Assembly (NCBI RefSeq): GCF_006345805.1
Contig: NC_043002.1
Location: 76,322,001-76,386,000 of the forward strand
Direction: 5' to 3'
Length of the DNA: 64,000 bases
Origin: Octopus sinensis
Lineage: Eukaryota
The position numbers and the translations under genes are program-made. How positions within the stretch are numbered: the first letter of the stretch is position 1; every line of letters begins with the position of its first letter. The notes below the pieces were generated by a model. It worked only from the letters and a program-made list of their open reading frames with translations, was not told the origin of the DNA and did not search any database. Positions 55,707 through 64,000 of the stretch are shown here, piece after piece.

Positions 55707-55754
55707 GTTTCTGATGAAGGGATATCCCTAATATCTCAGAAACAGCTGTAAGAC
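55707..55754 (+). ncRNA. Hammerhead ribozyme motif within a PLE pLTR remnant (about 55040-55830)
   Basis: GUUU-CUGAUGA-A-GGGAUAU-loop-AUAUCUC-A-GAAA-C-AGCU-GUA-AGAC. Confidence 0.8.
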
Positions 55755-55925
55755 TAACTTTCTCTTTATAAATAACCTAAAAATTCCTCGCAGTCTTGGC
55801 TTGGTTGTCTCATTTTATTTAACGTATACATGCTCATATAAGACTCGTATTATTATCGAACCGAGAGTTTAACTACAGTCCTTCCATAGCACTTACTACC
55901 GCCTCGGTCTTCTGGATGCCAATAG

Positions 55926-55968
<43 letters not shown>

Positions 55969-55991
55969 ATATATATATATATATATCTATA

Positions 55992-56230
55992 TACAGAAAT
56001 CCCTCGACTATCGTGGGTGTTACATTCCCCCGTTCCCCACGATAGGCGAAGATCCGCGAAGTAGAAACAATAGTGTACTACTATATACTTTTTTATTACT
56101 TTTATAATTTGTACATATTTATTTTATTATTTTTATATATTTAAGCTTTTATAAACTCTCCCCACACACTTAGGAGTACCCGTGTCCTCTTTTTTTGTCT
56201 CCCGAGTTGCGTTTGCCATACAGTATGTGT
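55992..56230 (+). mobile_element. Pogo/Tigger-like MITE left end
   Basis: TA-cagaaatccctcgactatcgtggg start resembles pogo/Tigger TIRs; no clear right TIR. Confidence 0.4.
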
Positions 56231-56339
56231 GATTCTTTGTTTACTCATCTACAGTACACTACGTATTTTCTTTTAATATATTTTAATCAATATGTTATAC
56301 AGTATTGTGCTGTACTGTATCTTTATGAATTTATTAAAT

Positions 56340-57563
56340 TGTAGGTGTGAAAATGCTTATCTTACCAAAGAAATAATTTAAATGTAAAAGAATAGAAATA
56401 CTTATCCACCACAGTAACCCGCGACATACAGAGAAGTATTAAATGTATTAAATATAAATTAACTTGGGAGATAATTTGTAAGGCAAAATCTTATTGTATA
56501 GGGAGTAATTCTTGTTTATTGTGTAATAATGAATTTAAGGAAATATTATTTAATAATAATTATGTATTGTTCAATTTATTAGATGAGCGTAAAATTAAAT
56601 GAAAACATAAATTGAATTACCTATATAATAGGTTTAGCTAATAAATAAATGAGTATATGAATTTGTTAAGATCTATTAATTATAGTAATATAAATTAATT
56701 TAAATACAATATGTATATTTTACTTAATAATTATGTGGACTTTAAATTTATAGTAAAGAGTCATTTAATATTAAATGCAAACATAATTTATTTACCTGTA
56801 TGTTACGTTTCCGTATATATAAAACCTTATTTTATTTTGTTACTTTTTTATTGTAGATATAATTTAGTAGTATTAGTGTATAAATTAACATGTTATTATA
56901 TGTAATATTACTTTATTTAAATAATTTTAAACTTGGATATTTCTCAATAAATAAATGATAATATGAATTTTTTAAGATATATTATTATAGTAATATAAAT
57001 TAATTTAATATCATATGTATATTTTACGTAATAATTATTTGGACTTTAATTTATAGTGAATAGTCTTTTATAGTTTTGTTGATCTCTTATTCTTTGATTC
57101 TAGAAGCTTAAATATTCTTCGTCATTTTCATTAATAAATATATTTCGTAATTTTCATTAATCAATTTATTCTTTTTACACAATGTTTTCACGAGTTTAAT
57201 TTCTTATAAAGACTAAAGCCTCACATTTTTATGTTCGAAATATTCATCCATAAGATAAATAACGTTTTTATTTAACAATATTAAAAATATTTTGAATTGT
57301 ATTATGTTTGATTATTATTATTATTATTAAAATATTAATTTATATATAATTCCTTGATAATTATTAGTTACGATACTATTTAATTTATTATCATTATTAT
57401 TATTTTATTATGTGATTTAACGTATTACATATAATTTACTTTGTGAAATAGTTTTGTAAGACAATACATTATTTAATATTTTGGAAGTTTATTTGTTATG
57501 TAGTTAAGTAAATTAGTCTAATATTAATTGATATTTTGGTCAATTATATAAGTGAATGTAATA

Positions 57564-57600
<37 letters not shown>

Positions 57601-58155
57601 ATATATATTATATTATATATATTATATATATATTTGTTTTAAATAATTAATTAATTGTATTTTATTTTTCTAGTAGTGATATATTATAGTTTGTTATTAT
57701 TTTATTATATAAGTTAAAATTTATTTTTATAGATATAATAAATATGCTTTTTTATTCTAGATTTATTTACACCAGAATATATATGTTGAGATATTTCGTA
57801 TTTTACAGGATTATATACGTATATTTATTCATTTAATTATTTTATTGACCTGAAGATTGGGAATATTTAAATTGAATTGATTTTACTGTTATCAGTTTTT
57901 AAATATAGCCACGAAACACGTGCAGTCATTGTATCAATTATATTCTTTTTTTTATTATTTTATAAATTACTTTTTCATTGGTATATGTTTTTATCTTATA
58001 TTTGATTGTTTTCTATATGGTATAATTTAATTATTTCATTGTTGAATTGATTAAAGTTGGTTTTTGTTTAATTTATATACATATATTATATTTTGTGAAA
58101 TTTGATTTAGTATTTCTAAATTGAATTTTCCCCTGTAAGTTTGGAATAATATTCC

Positions 58156-58160
<5 letters not shown>
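56340..58160 (+). mobile_element. AT-rich Penelope-like 3' remnant: GIY-YIG C-terminus, long UTR, hammerhead
   Basis: KYKLTWEIICKAKSYCIGSNSCLLCNNEFKEIL...K*KHK at about 56450-56640; 120-bp direct repeat 56640-56765 / 56945-57070; hammerhead at 57846-57928. Confidence 0.7.
57846..57928 (+). ncRNA. Hammerhead motif with long stem II; cleavage triplet reads GCA
   Basis: UGAC-CUGAAGA-[UGGGAAUAUUUAAA...UUUAAAUAUAGCCA]-C-GAAA-C-ACGU-GCA-GUCA. Confidence 0.65.
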
Positions 58161-58197
<37 letters not shown>

Positions 58198-58220
58198 TAA
58201 TATATATATATATATATATA

Positions 58221-58430
58221 AGGAAAACATAAGAATCACAGTCCTTCCAAGATTTTATTCACTCTAGATTGCCAGGCTTTTACAGTTCCGGGCTGGACAA
58301 GCTATCGCTGAAATGGCAAAAGTGTATTGACAATATAGGTGCATACTTTGATGAATAAAACTTTTCCTCGTACTTATAAAATATCAGGTAACTTTTTTCT
58401 TTTCTACAAATTTCATACTTGACGACCTAA
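58221..58430 (+). mobile_element. Mariner 3' end
   Basis: FYSSGLDKLSLKWQKCIDNIGAYFDE*, followed by TIR-like ttcatacttgacgacctaa-TA. Confidence 0.85.
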
Positions 58431-58671
58431 TATATAAATGAATAACAAAGATGTACAGGTATCAATTCATTACGGCCGTTTCAAGCATTTCAGCTGGGTT
58501 GTGTTGTCTGCACATACGACAGGAATATCAGGTGCATACACACCTGCACAGAGTTTTGATATTCAGTATTCGATTAATATTGATTGGGTGTGCGGATTAT
58601 ACCGACGTAACCAGGTGCCTCAATTTAAGTACCTAATTCAACAGAATCTTTATATATATATTCTTTTATTC

Positions 58672-59037
58672 TATCATTCTTTTACTTGTTTCCGTCATGT
58701 GACTGCGGCCATGCTGGAACAACGCCTTTAGTCGAACAAATCAAGTCCAGGACTTATTCTTAGTAAGCCTAGTACTTTTTCTATCGGTGTGTTCTGCCGA
58801 ACCGCTAAGTTACGGGGACGTAAATACACCAACATCGGTTGTCAATACACACACAGATACACACACACACGTATATATATATTTATACGATGGGCTTCTT
58901 TCAGTTTCCGTTTACTAAATCCATTCACTAGGCTTTGGTCCGCCCGTGGCTATAGTAGAAGACCCTTGCCCAAGGTGCCACATAGTGGGACTGAACTCAG
59001 AACCATGTGGTTCTTACCACACAGCCACGCCTCCGCC
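58672..59037 (-). mobile_element. SINE family A
   Basis: Similarity to other copies. Confidence 0.9.
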
Positions 59038-59068
59038 TGTCTCTGTCTGCCTGTCTCTCTCTCTCTCT

Positions 59069-59133
<65 letters not shown>

Positions 59134-59165
59134 ATATATATATATATATATATATATTTATACAT

Positions 59166-59995
59166 ATTAGAAGGATGACCACTATGTGGACAATCCTACT
59201 GCTAGAAGTAGATCCGCTATGGTCTTACCACTGAGAAAGGTTCTCTAGAAAATTTAGCAAACACTAGAACGTAATCGAGCACGACAAATGAAAAGTAACA
59301 AAAATATAGATTAATCATAAACAATGTTTCACTATCAACAGATTACGTAATTTTAATTATGCAATTTGTCCGTAGATCTTCAGTATGATCGTCATACAAA
59401 TATAATTTTCAGAACTACACACCAGACAATTACGTTCTGGTGTTTGCTAAAGTTTCTAAAGAACATTTCTTAGTGGTAAGACCATAGCGGATCTACTTCT
59501 AGCTCTAGGGTTGTCCACATAGTGGTCATCCCTCTAAATACAATTTACTGAACCTTCAGTTTTTAATATACTAGACCACTGGTGTTAAATTGATGTTATT
59601 AAACAAATATTCAATTTTTCATCCTCATTTTAATTTCAATTTTAAATTAATACGTTCTCAAACCGGCAAAAGCTACTGCAGTGAATTATTTCATGCAGTT
59701 TTATTTAGTGTAATTTAGTGCGCCAAAACGAGGACTTGTGAAAATTAACCACAAGTGTAATAGGTAGAACTACATACATGCCCGAGCTCGTACAGACGTT
59801 TGGTGTGTAGTTCTGCAAATTATATTTGTATGACGATCATACTGAAGATCTACGGACAAATTGCGTGAGTAAAATAACGTAATCTGTTGATAGTGAAACA
59901 ATGTTTATGAATTATCTTCAGTTTTTAATATGCTAGACCACTGGTGTTAAATTGATGTTATCAAATTAATATTCAATTTTCCACCCTCATTTTAA

Positions 59996-60003
<8 letters not shown>
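59166..60003. mobile_element. Rearranged PLE remnant with two inverted pairs and one direct repeat
   Basis: 59166-59275 inverted at 59429-59538; 59312-59425 inverted at 59798-59912; 59553-59645 repeated at 59915-60003. Confidence 0.75.
59837..59910 (+). ncRNA. Hammerhead motif; inverted twin at 59315-59388 (-)
   Basis: UCAUA-CUGAAGA-long stem II region-GAAA-C-AAU-GUU-UAUGA. Confidence 0.7.
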
Positions 60004-60026
<23 letters not shown>

Positions 60027-60049
60027 GTATATGTACATATATATGTGTA

Positions 60050-60252
60050 TGTGTCTCTATGTCTGTGTTTGCCCCTCCACCGGTTGACAATCGGTGTTGA
60101 TGTGTTTATGTCCACGTAAAGAGACTGCTAGAATAGGTATTAGGCTTAAAAATAAAACAAATTTTGGGGTCAATGTGTTCGAGAGAAAACCTTTAAGGAA
60201 GGCCCCAGCACGGTAACAGTAAAATGACTGAAACAAGTAAAAGAATAAAAGT
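60050..60252 (+). mobile_element. SINE family A 3' fragment
   Basis: gttgacaatcggtgttgatgtgttta...atgactgaaacaagtaaaaga. Confidence 0.75.
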
Positions 60253-60346
60253 ATATATTTACATACATACATATATATACATACATACATACATACATAC
60301 ATACATACATACATACATACATACACATATACATATATATATATGA

Positions 60347-60752
60347 AAGAATTTTTGCGTAATAAGATAAAAAGCCAAGGCTGTGTAGATATTAGAGCAT
60401 TTATAGATAGGTCTTACAGCTGTTTCTAGGATATTTATTAATTATATCCCTTCCTTGGAGACGGTGTGAGAGGATGGTTAAGTTATAATTAGTTTAGATG
60501 TGATACAAAATAGAGAGTGAGATGGAGGAAAGATCAATATCCATACATATCTTGCATCTATTTTCTTTCCTCCACCTCACTCTCTATTTTGTATCCCATC
60601 TAAATTAATTATTACTTAACCATCCTCTCACACCGTCTCCGATGAAGGGAGATAATTTTATAAATATTCTAGAAACAGCTGTAAGACCTATTTATAAATG
60701 CTCTAATATCTACACAGCCTTGTTTTTTTTATCTTATCACGCAAAAATTCTT
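60347..60752. mobile_element. Inverted PLE pLTR pair (arms of about 187 bp), each with a hammerhead motif; same family as 55707
   Basis: 60347-60532 is the reverse complement of 60564-60752; GUCU-CCGAUGA...GAAACAGCUGUA-AGAC at 60635-60687 (+); decayed twin at 60411-60462 (-). Confidence 0.85.
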
Positions 60753-60905
60753 ATATACACACGCTGACATAGAACCAACGTTGAACCCCTTATTCGCAAA
60801 ATTACCGAATCTGGAACTTAACTATGGTGTGTCTATAGCACTTATTCAGCATTACCTTTGGGTCTCAATGACACCATTATCTCTTATTACTTCAACTTCT
60901 CGCCA

Positions 60906-61937
60906 TGTGCTCATTGTCCTGTACTCCCTTTTTTTCTTGTCCTGTTCCTTGGTTTGTGTCTTGTTTTTCGTCTCTCTATGTGTTCGACGTCTTTTTGGTG
61001 TCCTGTACACATATATGCGTGTATATGTACATGTAGAGGTAGGTACGTACATATATGTTTATATATATGCATATGTTCTATTTTATTAACATATTATACG
61101 ACTAAACGCACGCACCCTATTAAGTAAGATTGTTCTGTTTATCAAGTTAGCCTTGATATTAACTCTCACGCGACTCTGCATCTTTCTTTCTTTCTATTCT
61201 TCCCTTTTTCGTCTTTTTTCCCTCACTTAACTTGTCTCTTCCTCTCTCTCTCATTCTTCATTCTCTCTCTCCCCCTCACCATTCTTCATGGTCTCCTCGC
61301 ACCATTCCCCTTCTTCTCTCCCTTCCTCTTGCTCCTCCTCCCCCATTCCCGTCGTCCATCTGCGACGATACTTCCGTCGTAACTGCTATCCTGTCTTTTC
61401 TCGCCCGCCTTCTAAGGCTACTGGTCGACATTCCTGCTCTCTCGTCGTCACTATAATCCAGCGTTTGCAATACTTTTTTCGTCTGGCGTAAACAGCCTTC
61501 TTATCTTGTTCTCCTTGTCCTGTCTCTTACTGTTATATATTTATTTTTCCACTGTTTATATATATTTTTTTACTGTTTATATGTTTGTACTGTCGTTACC
61601 GTCTTGCGTTTTTTACCTTTTTTTACCCCTCTGCGAAAAGATCTCAGAATTTTATTGATTTGCTTTTCGCAGGAAGGAAGTTTCTTCGAAGATACGTCTC
61701 GCTTTTATCCTTCGAAACGTAGAGTAGATGAAATCTTAGCGACTGAAGAAGGGGTTTTTTCGTTGTGCTCATTGTCCTGTACTCCCTTTTTTTCTTGTCC
61801 TGTTCCTTGGTTTGTGTCTTGTTTTTCGCTCTCTATGTGTTCGACGTCTTTTTGGTGTCTCTGTACACATATATGCGTGTATATGTACATGTAGAGGTAG
61901 GTACGTACATATATGTTTATATATATGCATATGTTCT
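60906..61937 (+). mobile_element. Element with a 173-bp direct repeat (60906-61079 / 61764-61937) around a CT-rich spacer; probable PLE derivative
   Basis: Direct repeat seen; relatives at 24325-24740 and 53530-53700; ends in (TA)n. Confidence 0.6.
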
Positions 61938-61960
61938 TTTATTACATATATATATATTAT

Positions 61961-62023
<63 letters not shown>

Positions 62024-63705
62024 TATAGATTTGTCTATATGTGTATAATGTGTGTGTAATATGCACGCGTGAATGTTTGCGTGTGTGTATTTTCGTGATT
62101 TTGAATGTATGCATGTGAAAATAAATGATAAACTATTCGTTTAGATGTAAATATCGACTTAGAAATGAACAAAATAAATAACGATATCTTATGAAGATTT
62201 TTTTGTTTGTTTTGTTTCTCAACCTCCTGCCCTTCATTGTGTCTCAATGTTGTCTTTTTAAAGCGAATTTATTGATGACCAATAATCAAACTGGATTTCT
62301 TAGCAAACAAAACAGCAAAGAAAAGGAGGAAGAGGATATAAGTAAAATAGGGAGGAAAATGAGTCACCAAAACAAAAAAACAAACAAAAATGAAAGGAAC
62401 AATATAAAAATTGAATGAAAAAAGATAAAACAGAAATTTTTGAAAAAGCAAACAAGAAGAAGAAAGAAAAAAAACACTCAGAAAGAAAGGAAGATAGAAA
62501 AGAAAGCCATGAAATAAAATAAAAAGAAGAAAAGAAAGAGGAAACAAGTCAGTGAGTATGATGTTCGGTGCACAGCTGGAGAATAGTCGTTTGGTCAACG
62601 TATATGTCATTGTGAGTTAGCAGACCTAGCATCAAAGGCATTCCATTCATGTCCGCCCCATCTTTTCAAACACAGCTTATCACATATTACCTTATCTGAT
62701 TTGTCCTTCCTTCTCCTATCTAGATAGTGATCTGAGGGAGATTATGCTACCATTTCTAGTAAGACGAGCGCTCACATAGAGGTTTCATTCATTGGTTCTA
62801 TACAAAACGTATTTAGTTTTTATTGTGCGTGTTGTTATTGAAGACTAATAATCAGTTGTGAGACCTTTACCTTTTGACCGACAGATTAAAAAAATAATTT
62901 TTTGTAACTAAACACTTTCAAACTTCGTATACTTAGTAGAATGTGTCACATAAAATATCTTTTACTCTTGGCGTTGTTGAGAAAATTCTATATTATGGAA
63001 GTTATTTTTTGTTAAAGTTGTCGTACTTCGGTAATTTCAACCAATCAATGATGTGTTTTCAGCTGAATAAAATTACTGCATTGGGCGATATGGTGTTCGG
63101 CTAAAATTCTTGAAGGTAGTACTACAGCGTGGCCGCTGTCTAATGACTGAAACAAATAAAAAATAGCAGGACAATGTCAAATATATTCGAGAGAAATTTG
63201 GCAGCCATTTCAGTTATAAAGATACTTCCAGTTCACTAGCCTGCTATCATCTCTCTTGAAATTGTTCCTTGAAATTGGCTGGACTTACCTACTCCATTCA
63301 AACTCACTCGAGCCACATATGTCTCTTATTGTGTCCAATAGCACCAGGTTCTGAACTAACAACTACGCCCAGTCCTTCTTTCTCAAAACAACGCCCCACA
63401 GGAATCCCCTTCCTGCTTCGATATTCCTGTAGGGGTTGACTTGCGATAGTTCAAGCGGAACATTAACGGCATCAATTCCACTGACGTCACAAGGCTAACA
63501 AAGATCGTGAGCTCTGTCGTTTCGTTTAAGACCCAGCAACAGCAGTGGTTTTTAGCCGGGGTCCATATGTTCCTTGGAGGTTCGCAGATGATATTTTTGC
63601 TAGAATGTATGTGCAATGAACTGGTTATACTTCTGGTCCTCAACCGAGCTCAATATGACACTTGGGATGGGTGGGGTCTACAGAAGATTTTGCAGCTAAA
63701 ATGTA

Positions 63706-63922
63706 TTCTTTTAATCTTTTACTTGTTTCAGTCATTTGACTGGCTATACTGGAGCACAGCCTTTAATCGAACAAATCGACCGCGGGACTTATTCTTTGTA
63801 AGACTAGTACTTATTATATCAGTCTCTTTTATTGCGGGAACGTAAACAGACCAGCATCGGTTGTCAGGCGATGATGGGGGGGACAAACACAGACACACAA
63901 ATACATACATACATATATATAT

Positions 63923-63964
<42 letters not shown>

Positions 63965-64000
63965 GTATATATATATATATATATATATACAACGGGCTTC
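63706..64000 (-). mobile_element. SINE family A, running off the window
   Basis: Similarity to other copies. Confidence 0.88.

Noticed and set aside
56270-58160. Mitochondrial insertion (NUMT) suggested by extreme AT content
   Set aside because: No recognisable mitochondrial gene, tRNA or rRNA motif; the GIY-YIG remnant and hammerhead explain it better
58460-58650. Minus-strand GAAACGGCCGTA hammerhead half
   Set aside because: No intact CUGAnGA or stem I partner is visible; possibly a dead PLE remnant but not supportable as a ribozyme

Overview
Eukaryotic, AT-rich, microsatellite-saturated genomic DNA. The SINE, LINE and microsatellite content looks like an octopus (coleoid cephalopod) genome; the taxon is an inference. 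I find no intact host gene, and nearly all ORFs in the supplied track are translations of simple repeats. The window holds decayed LINEs (Tx1/L1-like at 1-2430, R4/Dong at 6300-8180, RTE at 14470-14865, a fairly well preserved CR1-like RT at 22175-23940), several tRNA-derived SINE families, mariner/maT/pogo remnants and non-autonomous Helitrons. The most notable content is a dense set of Penelope-like element (PLE) remnants: GIY-YIG fragments and inverted or tandem pseudo-LTRs. These carry minimal hammerhead ribozyme motifs (CUGAnGA...GAAAC-palindrome-GUH) of at least five distinct sequence families, including a tandem pair 286 nt apart that could release a retrozyme-like RNA. Also seen: a near-perfect 190-bp-arm fold-back palindrome, two apparent SINE/LINE shared-tail pairs, two weak candidate host exons and a candidate enhancer. 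A 100-N gap lies at 46291-46390. Coordinates were read by eye and element edges are approximate.
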